Notes: a model not told the origin generated them from the letters alone. 63,984 nucleotides of DNA, filler included, from Octopus bimaculoides (GCF_001194135.2; 6 parts of 6 records of this genome joined end to end with filler, not necessarily neighbours in it), one strand, 5' to 3'; shown: positions 1-12,761, numbered from the whole stretch's first letter. Numbers and translations are program-made.

Positions 1-29
1 ATATATATATATATATACATACATACAAA

Positions 30-376
30 ATAGAGGGGGTTAGTTCAGAGGTGATCAAATGGATTAGGTACGCTAGGTAAGTGGTGTAACGGATTACAAG
101 GGCTCCATGGTTATAGCCGAGAATGTAGTTATGAAGCCATATAGCGGATATAGAATTGTTAAAAAGGACAACAGTCATTAAGGCAAGGCAAACATCTCAA
201 ATCCTATACATTATTCTTACTGGGAAAATAGTTGAGAATCTTACAGCTGTTTCTTGGATATCCCAGAAACAGCTGTAAGACTCTGATTTTTTTTTACTAA
301 TGTATATGGTATAATGTATATGACTTGAGACGTTTGCTTGCCTTAACGTTTGATGTCCTCTTTAACAATTATATAT
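30..376. mobile_element. Penelope-like terminal repeat arranged as a fold-back: minus copy 30-258 joined to plus partial copy 259-376
   Basis: Arms 154-258 and 261-370 are reverse complements centred on GATATC (257-262). 30-258 is the reverse complement of the dispersed copy at 16605-16845. It carries the 3' half of a hammerhead core, GAAACAGCTGTA-AGAC (266-281). Confidence 0.6.
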
Positions 377-732
377 ATATTTGCCGTTTTAAATATGGAT
401 TTATAGAATCGTGTGGTTATCACAGAAATCTCTTCTAGTATTGATGCTACCATGACATCACGGTGATCTGATGAGCTAGCTTCCTTATCTGTATTGATTC
501 GTAAATATACAATTGTATTTCATAAGTCGTAGTAACACGAGTATTGGTGCAGACATGTAAACATAATTTATTATACTCTGCAAATGTTATTACATGATGA
601 ATACTGCGAAACGGCAGGAACTTTAAAGAAGACAAGAGGTTAAATAAATATATTCACCTCTCATATCTCTTGTCTTTCTACTGTTTATATATGTATATAT
701 GTATGCGGCGTGCGAGCGTTTGTGTGCGTCTT

Positions 733-764
<32 letters not shown>

Positions 765-1444
765 TGTGTGTGTGTGTTATTCAACAAGGAAGTTATATAT
801 TTGTCTATATTTAGGAAACTGGAAACTATACGTATTTTTGTTAAATGATAGTCTCACCGAAATATCCACGTTATCTTTGACAGTGAAAAATTTACCGCAC
901 CAGCGTCTACATCCTGACTAATTTTTAATAATATTTGCATATGCAAAAACCTAATTTATACACATACGTGTCTGTGTATGTGTGTGTGTATGTATAACAA
1001 TACACACACGCATAGAAAAATGCATAGTTATATACATACATATATACATATGTATGTAATTATATAAAACGCATAACTATGGTTACGAATGTTTTGTATT
1101 TATCTGAAAAAATAATTCAGTTTGCTTAAAGGTCTACTAAAGTGAAAAAAATAGTGAATAATTACGTCTCTTGTAGTTTGGAACATATTTGTATAGACAA
1201 TTTTTGTATATATAAATATTTAATAGTTATAACGTGTTACGTTTGTTTTGAAATTTTCTGAAAAATAATTCGTTTTGCCAGAAAATCAATCATTGTAGAA
1301 CGGTACAGACAATGAAACTAACCCAACACCAGAAAGAAACACAACAGAGATAAATGATGTTATTTGGGACAATAACAGGAGATTGTTGATATCGTTGCAC
1401 GGCTGAGCAAGTAAGAAACGAAGCTTCAGGAGACATCTTCAATG

Positions 1445-1733
1445 GTACTGTACGATCTGTATTTGTTTGCCATCACTGTTGAAAAGAGTGCAGCCTCTTG
1501 TAAACGATATAAGAAGGGTCCTTAATTCTTTTTGTTAAACAACGTGCACAGATGAATTATTTATTGTGACCAAACGTTTATGCTGTACATTAGTTCACTT
1601 CGTTAGATGTCGACGTGATCTTGAAATGAAATATTTTACCCGAAATCACAACGTCCAGCTCGGTCTCGGAATTGGAATCACGAACTCACGATCGTAAGTG
1701 CTACACCATAACAACTCGGCCACCCGCCTTCAC
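1445..1733 (-). mobile_element. tRNA-derived SINE (CORE-like family), degraded
   Basis: Minus strand begins GTGAAGGCGGGTGGCCGAGTTG (A-box-like), then a B-box-like GATTCCAATTCC; similar in layout to the copy at 12272-12540. Confidence 0.5.
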
Positions 1734-2272
1734 TAGATGTTGAAAACAGTTAATGAAAACGTCCGATGACGCCGGGTTTTAGATTATTTGAATTTTAGAT
1801 TAAAACATATTTGAATTGCAAATGAAGGCTAAGTATTCAAGAAATTAAAAGTTGGGTTGTCTATTTCGAAAGTGTTTAATATTACAAACAACTACTGCAG
1901 GGTTTCAGGTGATGATTGGCTAAATATTAATGTGGTAGTTGATCAATTTGCACTCCACATCTGCAATTTATAGACAATTCTGATAATTTCTTCATCCTTT
2001 TCGGCTTGTTTGTGTATATATATATTGTTTGTGTATATATATATATATTGTTTGAGTATATATATATATACNNNNNNNNNNNNNNNNNNNNNNNNNNNNN
2101 NNNNNNNNNNNNNNNNNNNNNNNNNNNNNNNNNNNNNNNNNNNNNNNNNNNNNNNNNNNNNNNNNNNNNNNNNNNNNNNNNNNNNNNNNNNNNNNNNNNN
2201 NNNNNNNNNNNNNNNNNNNNNNNNNNNNNNNNNNNNNNNNNNNNNNNNNNNNNNNNNNNNNNNNNNNNNNNN

Positions 2273-2305
<33 letters not shown>

Positions 2306-3732
2306 GCATATATATGTGTGTGTGTGTGTATCTATATACATACATAAATGTGTAATAGTATCTGTCTCTCTGTGTGTCTGGGGTTACTCTAACTCCTCCC
2401 ACACCGTCCAACCGATTCTAATGATTTTTGGAACATAGATAGATCACATGCCATGAAGTTCAAATAAGGCGGGAATTTTTCGAAAACTTGATAATGCTCA
2501 GTTGGCATCGATTTTTGTGAGCTCAATCGGGCGTTTGGATGCAAATTCCCATAGCGATGTCATTTTCCCTGCAACTTTTTCATTGTTTGTCTGATTTTGA
2601 TGAAAATCGATGAGTGAGCTAGGTTCATGGCAGTGAGTAGATATCAGTGTATGGCGTTGACAAAAAATCGATAATTGCGCCTGAGCAGTGATTTTATAAA
2701 ATCAATAGGGATTTTACTTTTAGCCGTAACATTTATACTTTTCATCCGAGTTTAGGAAATTTGAGATTTAGGTAAACTTTGTGGCAGGGGAGACGCTAAA
2801 GGTTTTCATTTAATTCCAGAGCAAATAATGGACATGAACTGTAATCACATGTAAGATTTCAACAAAATTGATAGAATAGTCTCTAAGGAAATGCTTATTT
2901 ATCGTTGTGTCGTTTTAAAGTCCTCTTGAATTAAATAAACACCCCTACCACAACCTTGACCTACATCTTAAATTTCATCGAAATCTGATCAATAATCGAA
3001 AAGATACGGGGGTAATAGTTGGCACGGGGAACGTNNNNNNNNNNNNNNNNNNNNNNNNNNNNNNNNNNNNNNNNNNNNNNNNNNNNNNNNNNNNNNNNNN
3101 NNNNNNNNNNNNNNNNNNNNNNNNNNNNNNNNNNNNNNNNNNNNNNNNNNNNNNNNNNNNNNNNNNNNNNNNNNNNNNNNNNNNNNNNNNNNNNNNNNNN
3201 NNNNNNNNNNNNNNNNNNNNNNNNNNNNNNNNNNNNNNNNNNNNNNNNNNNNNNNNNNNNNNNNNNNNNNNNNNNNNNNNNNNNNNNNNNNNNNNNNNNN
3301 NNNNNNNNNNNNNNNNNNNNNNNNNNNNNNNNNNNNNNNNNNNNNNNNNNNNNNNNNNNNNNNNNNNNNNNNNNNNNNNNNNNNNNNNNNNNNNNNNNNN
3401 NNNNNNNNNNNNNNNNNNNNNNNNNNNNNNNNNNNNNNNNNNNNNNNNNNNNNNNNNNNNNNNNNNNNNNNNNNNNNNNNNNNNNNNNNNNNNNNNNNNN
3501 NNNNNNNNNNNNNNNNNNNNNNNNNNNNNNNNNNNNNNNNNNNNNNNNNNNNNNNNNNNNNNNNNNNNNNNNNNNNNNNNNNNNNNNNNNNNNNNNNNNN
3601 NNNNNNNNNNNNNNNNNNNNNNNNNNNNNNNNNNNNNNNNNNNNNNNNNNNNNNNNNNNNNNNNNNNNNNNNNNNNNNNNNNNNNNNNNNNNNNNNNNNN
3701 NNNNNNNNNNNNNNNNNNNNNNNNNNNNNNNN

Positions 3733-3764
<32 letters not shown>

Positions 3765-4419
3765 AAAATAAAAAAAATGAAAATGCACACAGTTTAGTTT
3801 TAATATATTTTAATATATTCTATATGAGAGAGTATTGTGTTTGTCTACCGGTTGCGCTTTCGCTAATTATGACATTGAAATTATTGGAATTTCGTATTTT
3901 TTTCAATTTAGATTTCCCTACTTGTTAATTCATTCACAAAGTTCCATACAGGAACATGGACGAAAATCTTCTTAAGAAAATACGAAATTACAATAATTTC
4001 AATGTCATGATTAGCGAAAGCTTTCACTTAAAATATATTCAAATATATTAAAAATATGTAAACTGTGTGCATTTGTATGTATGCGTTTATTAGATATGTG
4101 AATGTGTGTATTTATATTTGTATGTAACCATTATTATCTATTTGAATTTCTCGATGAAGTCGTAGTTGGTTCTTTTCTAAGCAGAAAAATGGAGCTTAAT
4201 AGTTGGAATTCAGATTACAATGAAGTGTTGCATGCTAAACTTCACTAACCACTTGCACATTTATATTTTACCGTTCTGCTTATAGGTTGTCGTGATGTAA
4301 TGGATGTTCCCTGGTTCGCCTAAAATCACCCAAATTTTCAAAATAACCATTTAAGTATTTGATAAGAAAGGAGTGCACCAATAACTATAGATATAAATGT
4401 GAATTTATAATCTAATATA

Positions 4420-5200
4420 AACCAATAGGATTCTTGTAAATCTGAGCATAATTCTAAGGTCGGCAAGAATTTCAGTCTCGCTTAGCTTCGTGATAGTTTT
4501 ATCAGGTCACATTGTTAAGGTCATAATTTATCCATACAGAATCAGTCTGTATTCTTTTTCTTGCTGATGGTCGAAGTAAAGTCTGCGTCTGCAAGGTAAC
4601 GGACCTCCATAACTCTACAATTTTTTTTCTATTCCAAACAATTACAACGGATCTTCTGTTTGCAGCAGAAGGAATTTTTGTTAAGTGATCCACCATTATT
4701 TCTTGAGTTGAAACGTATTTATGTGTGTAATAACAGGAATATTTTTTGCCATATTTATCCCAGAGTGATTTTTATTTTGGATGGCACTTTATATATATTT
4801 ATAGCACCACCATCATAATATATTGAAAAGCAATACCTTAATGGCATTTCCATGCAGATACTGATAACATGCATAATCTCTTCCACAGAAATGTTCCATA
4901 AATGCCATTTGCAATCGCATCTTGGCGTTTTTAATCGCTTTGCCATTTCTTTTTCTAAAAACAGTTATCTTCTGATCGTGGATGGATAAAGTATGACCTT
5001 AAAAATGTGACCTATTGTAATTGTCACGAATCCAAGCGAGGCTAAAAGTTTTGTCGATGTATGAATTATTCTCAGATTTGCAGTAATCATACTGGTTTGC
5101 ATTTGACTTTTCTTAAGCAATGTTTTTTTTTTAACTTCGTGTGTTTTTTTTTATGTACACTAAGTCTAATAATCTTGGAGTGAGACGATCGACACGGCTT
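4420..5200 (-). mobile_element. Degraded Tc1/Tc3-like transposase fragment
   Basis: Broken minus-strand translation retains Tc1-like remnants (KNAKMRLQMAF, NNGGSL, VWNRKK, LQTQTLLRP, KNPIG resembling DLNPIEN); many stops and frameshifts. Confidence 0.4.
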
Positions 5201-6071
5201 TTTGGGCGTTGATGATTTCGTCTCGGTTGACTAAGCATTCAGCCTGTTTTAGCGACAGTACTTTTTGGCACAGGATACAAACACTTGCACATACACGCGC
5301 ACCCACGCGTAGAAATATACACATGCAGATTGGAAGAGTAAGAGAGAGAGAGATGAATAGAGAGAGGCATTACACTTCATATTAATTGAACACGATTGAC
5401 ATATACATTTGCTCTTTCTCTCCTCATACAGAGAAATTAATTTGCTCACGCAGAAACAGAGTGAGCACAAAATAAAGTCAAATAAGTCGACACCGAATCA
5501 GCGAGAATTTATATGCGGCACCATAAAGTCTGTGCCAAAACACCTCATACTCGACAGATATGTTGTCGCATGGAGAATCATTATGAAATCAGTATTCCTT
5601 CAAGAAATCAATCAGATCCGTAACGTATTGTTCCGTTCACTTTTGAGCAATATACTGATGTATCTGTTTCATTTCTCATGTTTCATTTCTCCTGTTTATG
5701 GTAACAGTGTTGCCATAAGATAGGCAAAGTATCTGAAATGATCTTCAATAACTTTTCGTGTGCGTGAGTGTGCGTGTGTGATTTTTTGTTTGTTTTTTCT
5801 TTTTGTGTGAAATAAAGAATCTGTCGTTGTCACTATTTCCAGTTGATGTCAAAATCTTACAACTTTAATAACTATGGAGTATATATCTTCAATGGACAAG
5901 TCAAGTATCATAAATGCCAGTATGAATAAAGGAAATAGATGTACATTGTACGATGCGGGTCATCAATGGGATACACTCCGACTGTCCAATATGTTTTAGT
6001 CTTGCAAAACAGTAGATTATGCGCCGAAGTGAACAGGCTCACAGATTTACACAGAAATCTTCCTGTTCTCA

Positions 6072-6114
<43 letters not shown>

Positions 6115-6304
6115 TATAAAGTAAAGTAAGGATTAAATAAATTAAATAAATCCAGACAAATACCTCGGTACGCGCTCTGCGCAATAATTCCGGCTAACAT
6201 ACACACACGCACACGCACTTACAGGACAGACAGACTGACAAACAATTAGATAGAGAGAGACAGACAGGCACACAGACTGACACACAGACACAGACAAACA
6301 CACA

Positions 6305-6370
6305 TATACAGACAGACAGGCAGACAGACGGGCGGACGGACAGACGGACGGACGGATGGATGGATGGATG

Positions 6371-6425
<55 letters not shown>

Positions 6426-6432
6426 GGATGTC
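6305..6432 (+). repeat. Graded tetranucleotide microsatellite GACA>GACG>GATG>GATA
   Basis: Read directly from the sequence; adjacent blocks differ by one base. Confidence 0.9.
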
Positions 6433-8730
6433 CGATCTTGAACGGTGTTTTTTTAGTTATTTTCATTTCTTTTCCGTTGTTATACAGCTTGTAGATTAAA
6501 AGCAAATTTGTCGTTAATGCTGATTCGTTGAAATAGCTTTTATGTCTTCCATAATGAAGTTCTGCAACCAATGTCTTGAATTTGTAGTTTGAAGATTTTA
6601 TTTTCCCCTCAAGAGTCCGGAGCAAAGAATCTCCGTATATTCCAAGTACCTTTTCCGCAGGATGCAGTTATATTCGGTGTGTGATGAACGTATTCAGCTT
6701 ACAGATTATGACGTCATCTAAGTGTCTGATTCGTAGGTGCAAAAATGTCGATCTTTTATTGTATTTCCGATATCCGTCTGAGCGGTTAAATCGCTTTAAG
6801 TAACCACTAGTAGACGGGTAATGTGCGAGAAACAGAAGCTGAATCTCTCTTGAATTACATCCTAGTCTCTTTTCAAAACGTGACACATACTGGATAACGT
6901 AGTTTTAGTCCATTTTTTTAAAAACAACACACGTACTGGTCTTGATATGAACACATTTTGATCATGTATTCTCGACCATTACTTATTCAATTATTAATTA
7001 TTTAGACCCAGGTCTGAATACGGTAATGTTGTTATTTAATAACACTGCAGGAGTCACTGTGTTTTCTTTTCCGGTGAGATAGTAGTTGTTTAGTAAGTAC
7101 AGATCTCCAATGCAATGTCTGCCACATATTTTTTTATGCCGTCTCCAACGATATCTATAATAATGAAAGCGAACTTCTGCCTGATATCCGTTTGGGACCC
7201 GTATATCTCAGACTACATTTGCACTTCATATATATATTATACCTCTTTGGAATCAGGATGATCCCGGGATTGAAAATTTACCTTTCATTTGGTTCTTGAT
7301 CATCCAGCATTGGGATTTGACTTAAAAGCATTTGGGTTGTTATTTCTAGTAGGTAAAGCTTGGCTGATTCACGCCATTTTGTTTGGTGTTTGTCAGATGA
7401 GTCAATGATCAAAAGGAAGATAAATGACATGCGTTTCGTTAATTTTACGTTGAGATAAGAACTTTGGAACAAATTGGCCAACAGTTGGAATTCAAATTGA
7501 AACTAGAACAATAGAATGATTACATTACAGAATTAAATCTCATCGGTCCTTAACGCCTGATCAAACACCAACAAGCCATATAGTCATTATAGAGGTATTA
7601 TAGTCATGTTATTTAACTCTCTCTAATTTGGGGCCGCAGACCCAATTAGCCCTCTGCAGGAGCTAGCTTAAAAATCCTCAAGGACTCGGCTTTTAAGCTA
7701 GTTCTGAGTAAATTGCAACATAAAGAAGTTGCTTTGTTTTTGTCAATTTGTTGTCTAATGACAGCTTATAGAAAATAGAATAATTCTTCTCAAATTACTG
7801 TTTTAAATTATTTCAGTCTTTATATTTTCTATAGTCGCCTGTAACAGACCAGTTTCAGATAAAGATATATAATTGTTCAAGGAAAGTGATATGGGTAGCA
7901 ATAGATAGGTCCTCTAAATTGCCGCTGTTTCTAGGGTAGCTTTTGGTTAAACGAATGTATCGAATTCCTGGGTTCCATATCAGTACCTAAAGTTTCTTAA
8001 TGCTATGCCGGGTCATTTACGGCCCCGTAACATAGCGCTTCGGCAAAAGATCGATAAAATATGTACCAGGCTTTAAAGAAATAAGTAGATTGGGTTGACC
8101 CACCCAAAGGCCTTGGTGATGTAGGCCTTTAATCAAAGGTATTTAAACGATCTTTTGTAAGGTTAGCGATTGGCTAGCGGCCAGCTTGAACTCTCTCAAG
8201 AAGAACTTAAATAAAACTCAATGAAAATGCATACATACATACATACATACATAGACACATACATACATACATACATACATGCATTGATTTCCAAGTTCTG
8301 GGAGTGCACGGAACATAGTCGGGAAATTAATATCGTAAGATATTCACCTCAGACTTCGCCACTTGGTAGACGTAATTAGCTTTGCTGTTGTTTAGCAGGT
8401 GCTAGGTGATATTCAATACACCTTTTGAAAGTTTTCTTTGATATGAAGTCACTTCTGCCTTTTTTCTGAAACAGAGTCATTCGATATTCTTAGGTGCGCA
8501 TATGTATGTATGCGTGTATGTATGTATGTATGTATGTATGTATGTACGTATGTATGTATGTATGTATGTACGTATGTATTTATTTATGTTGGTATGCATT
8601 ATATATGTATGAATATATGTATGTGTGCATTTTTCTTTGAATAGTTTTATTTAAACTATTCATGAGAGAGTTGAGGCCGGCCTCTAACAAAGTGACAAGA
8701 GTTTTTTTTTTAAGTTAAGAGAGTTTATAA

Positions 8731-8967
8731 GGCGGCGAGCTGGCAGAAACGTTAGCACGCCGGGCGAAATGCTTAACGGTATTTCGTCTGTCTTTACGTT
8801 CTGAGTTCAAATTCCGCCGAGGTCAACTTTGCCTTTCATCCTTTCGGGGGTCGATAAATTAAGTACCAGTTACGCACTGGGGTCGATGTAATCGAATTAC
8901 TCCCTTTGTTTGTCCTTGTTTGTCCCCTCTATGTTTAGCCCCTTGTGGGCAATAAAGAAATAAGAAA
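8731..8967 (+). mobile_element. tRNA-derived SINE, family A (tail type A1), full length with 15-bp TSD
   Basis: Head GGCGGCGAGCTGGCAGAAACGTTAGC, B-box GAGTTCAAATTCC, core GGGGTCGATAAATTAAGTACCAG, tail AATAAAGAAATAAGAAA. TAAGAGAGTTTATAA is duplicated at 8716-8730 and 8968-8982. Confidence 0.92.
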
Positions 8968-9154
8968 TAAGAGAGTTTATAAATATCTGGTTGAGTTGCT
9001 GTTTTGGTGGAACTGTCGATGCATAATACACCCAAGTGTGTACATCTATTCACTTAAGAAGCTCAGATGGAGAATTTTTGAAATGCCTTACAAATCTTCA
9101 CTATGCCGCCAATAGATTAGACGTGGAGAATCCACGTCAGTCTATGTATGCATG

Positions 9155-9230
<76 letters not shown>

Positions 9231-9585
9231 TGTGTGTCTGTCTGTGTGTATGCTCATTTTCCTTTTTTTGTTGTTGTTTCGAATGACTTGAATAAATAGA
9301 GAAGTTATAACTAAGAAACAACTTGCCACCATTGTAATGTAGACGACAAGGCAGTGTTATAACCTGAATGTCACTGATGCCTTGCCAATTTCCGTTGAGC
9401 TACTTATAGATTCAATGATCAAAATATCAGTAAGATGCCTTCCTCCTCTTTCTATTTCTCCCTGTTTCTCTCTTATTCTCTCTCGCTCTCTTTCCCTCTC
9501 TCTTTGATTGAAAACGTTAGTTTTCTTTTTGTAGACAAATACTTAGAAACATAGCCAAGTACACCAGTGACTGCACAAAGGTGAT

Positions 9586-9764
9586 TATATAATCGCGGTG
9601 AAGTAAATATATTTCACATGGCGAGAAAACATATTATCGAGGTGAATTAAATGTATAATCGAGGTGAAGTGAATATATGACCGAGGTGAAGGAAATATAT
9701 CACCAAGGGAACGCAAATATATAATCGAGGTGAATTTTTTAATAGTGGTGAAGTACATATATTT
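9586..9764 (+). repeat. Degenerate minisatellite, ~21-bp unit (ATAATCGAGGTGAAGTAAATAT-like), about 7 copies
   Basis: Recurring ATCGAGGTGAA / CCGAGGTGAA / GCGGTGAAG motifs; abuts the left end of the Chapaev-like element. Confidence 0.75.
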
Positions 9765-10269
9765 CATTGGTCAACAAAAGTTTCGTTGCACCGTTAACAA
9801 CAATTGGTATTACCTAATTTGAATATGCTGAATTCAGAAATGAAATTAGTTATTCTTTGTAAGCACTAGAGTTTTTGTAATTTATGTTTGTTTTATATTT
9901 TCTAAGTTTCGAATATAGGTGGAAAAGATGATATCTCTATGCATGGAGATTCTAACTTTATTCATATATATATANNNNNNNNNNNNNNNNNNNNNNNNNN
10001 NNNNNNNNNNNNNNNNNNNNNNNNNNNNNNNNNNNNNNNNNNNNNNNNNNNNNNNNNNNNNNNNNNNNNNNNNNNNNNNNNNNNNNNNNNNNNNNTATAT
10101 ATATGGGTTAGACCACCGCAATAAAAAATTAGGCTATAAAAATAATATTTCTTATTCCGATGTTGAATAAAATAAATGTTAACATGTGCCAGTTCTTTTC
10201 GGCATCTGCTTTTCAGTTAAAAATATATATTATATACTAACGATAGCTGTATATAGTTGAAAAGCTGAT

Positions 10270-11949
10270 TAGGATTGAAGATAAAATACAAATAGATCTT
10301 AATCAGGTAAGAATTTGCGCTTGGAGCTTTTGCGTTTGTTGACTTCCTCAAGGACATCTCGCTTAATGCTCCAAGAGTAATCTGCCAGCATGTGTGTTGT
10401 CTTATCGCCCTTGATAACGCTCTTCCATGGTCCTAAGATCTTCAAGGAAGCGCTCTGCTTGTTAATCACTTACAAGAATTTTATAGTAATCTGCTTTTTT
10501 ATGACTACTACGAATGACAGCCATGCTGCTCTTTCTTTGTCATTCATCTTTCCAATAAATTCTTCATCAGGTTTGACGGACCTCAGATTCGTACAAGGGC
10601 ACGAATCTGAGTCCGTCAATCACACTTGCTTTGATCTCGAATGACAAACCAGGAAATGCAGAGACTATATGTTGAAAACATTCACCATAATTATTCAATG
10701 CTTTAGTGAATTGCTTCATAAAGGCTAACTTTATATGGAGTGGTGGGAAAATAATCTTTTTTCGACTGATAATTGGATCATTCACAATATTTGGCATGCC
10801 TGCTTCCAGAGACTCACCAATGGGCCACTTCTTATGAATCCAGTGTTTCTCTCGAGCTCGGCTATCCCACATACAGAGATAGCAAGACTACCTTGTGAAA
10901 CCTTTCAGTCGGCTGAGAATCTGCACAAATATACACAAATGGTCCAGTTGTGTTGATGATATTTTAGTTAGTCAATAACCATTTTTATCTCATTGCATTC
11001 TTCTTGTAAGCGCACTGAGTGACCAACTGGGGCAGCTCCATAAACATTGCCGTTGTGTAGTACAGACTTTAGGCTGTGCTTAGAACTATTCAGAAATAGT
11101 CGCCAATCAGTGGAACTTTACGAGTGGATTTCTAATTCCTGGAGAAGATCGGGAATATAGTAAACAAAGTGTTTCTCTTCTGAAAAAATAACACAAAAGA
11201 TCTGGAGAATCCACGTCGGTTTATGCATGCATGCATGTATGTGTGTGTTTGAATGTGTGTGTGTGTGTGCGCGAGTGTCTGTCTGTGTATATGCTCATTT
11301 TCCTTTTTTGTCTCGTTTTTGAAAACAAGAAACTTTTGCAATTTGGTCACGATGGTTTTCTTGCAGCTTGAATTCTAGAACTTCAGCTGCAGTCTTCGGG
11401 AGTCCCAAATCATGCACTAAATCGTTTAGTTTTGTTTGGTTAAACTGTTGAGAAGTTGATTTCTTTGTGTCATGAGAGGGTCTTGGAATTCTGAAGCAAT
11501 TTCTTGACCTTTGCTATCATTCTTGTAATCTTGTTCGCTAGCTTCGTCTTCGGAAGAGGTAAACCCAAAGAAAATTGGAATCGGGAGCGTCTCAGAATGC
11601 CAAATAGGTCTGATTGCTGAAAGAATATTGGGATAAGATATTTTACGCCTGATTTTCTTGCCGATTCCTTTTGTGTAGACCATACAAAATAACAGTCATT
11701 CGTGTGCTCCCTGGAGTCTCGCCAAACTATAGGAACTCCAAACGGCAGCTCCTTTCGTTTTCCTTTTGTCCAGTCAGCATTTTCTCACGGTTATGACACG
11801 CAATACGAGGAGCCCATTTTTTGTCTTGGTCACCTAGGGGAACCCGAAATTAAGCTTTATAAACCAGTCTCGCAAACAATGGGCCATTAACAGACATAAT
11901 AGAAGCCATCATGATTATTCATACATCTATGTGTACTTGAAGAATTCAT
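10270..11949 (-). pseudogene. Disrupted Chapaev3-like transposase
   Basis: Motifs in correct order: MNSSSTHRCMNNHDGFYYVC; LGDQDKKWAPRIACH; KGKRKELPFGVPIVWRDSREHTNDCYF; KISYPNILSAIRPIWHSETLPIP; KIIFPPLHIKLAFMKQFTKAL; ERFLEDLRTMEERYQGR; MLADYSWSIKRD. Multiple stops, frameshifts and deletions, plus a 104-bp insertion. Confidence 0.85.
11203..11306 (+). repeat. Insertion in the transposase, homologous to 9124-9269
   Basis: TGGAGAATCCACGTC..TATG.ATGCATGCATGT(GT)n..GTCTGTCTGTGT.TATGCTCATTTTCCTTTTTT occurs at both sites. It splits the transposase between KVSCFQKRDK and DLLCYF. Confidence 0.8.
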
Positions 11950-12271
11950 GTTCAGGTCTGAAAAGCACAATTGTCAATTCTTTGTAAGTAGGATATATGT
12001 GTCTCAATATGTCAAATTTAACTATAAATGTATAAAAAGGTAATCTTCAACTTGCAAGAAAAGTAGAGCATGGAAAGAAAAATACCGATTACAGATTTGA
12101 AATTAGCACAAAAAAGACAGAATTAGTAAAAAAAATCTCATGCAATAGAAATTTCTTTTAAAAATTGTTAGCCAACGTTATCGAAGTGAAATAAATGCAC
12201 AATCAAGACGAAATAAAATACATAATCAATGTAAAATACATATATTATCAAGGTGAAATGTAGGTTTCAGA

Positions 12272-12540
12272 AGGCGCATGGCTCATGAAGTAGTGAGTTC
12301 GATTCCTGGACTGTGTTGTGTTCTTGAAGAAGACACTTTATTTCACGTTGATCCAGTTCACTCAGCTGTAGAAATGAGTTGCAACGTCACAAGTGCCAAG
12401 CTGTATCGGCCTTTGCCTTTCCCTTGAGAGCCTGGTATGCATGGGCGACTTCTGATCATCTATAAACCACCTTGCTGGGACTTGTGCCTCGGAGGGTAAC
12501 TTTTGAGGTGCAATCCCATGGTCCTTCATGACCGAAGGGT
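12272..12540 (+). mobile_element. tRNA-derived SINE with CORE-like domain
   Basis: AAGGCGCATGGCTC head, GAGTTCGATTCCTGG B-box, TGTGTTCTTGAAGAAGACACTTTATTTCACGTTG core. Related copies at 51078-51395 and 51905-52080. Confidence 0.7.
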
Positions 12541-12761
12541 ATCCTTGTGTGTGTGTGGGTGTGTGGGTGTGTGGGTGTGCGTGTGTGTGTATGTGTGTGT
12601 GTGTGTGTTTATATGTGTGTGTGTGCCCATTTGTTTTGAAACGGCCAGTTCGAGGTCAACATTGGTTCGTCGCATTGGAAACTGGATTTCAACTAGACAA
12701 TAAAACTAATTTTTCAGTCTGTTTCTCTATATACATTCATACACACACACATACATACACG

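Larger units (their letters stand above)
9765..12177 (-). mobile_element. Near full-length Chapaev3-like (CMC superfamily) DNA transposon
   Basis: Imperfect TIRs: CATTGGTCAACAA at 9765, and TTGTTAGCCAACG ending at 12177 (rc CGTTGGCTAACAA). Flanks TTT and TTA fit a 3-bp TWA-type TSD with one mismatch. Contains a disrupted transposase (next feature). Family name is from recalled consensus motifs. Confidence 0.75.
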
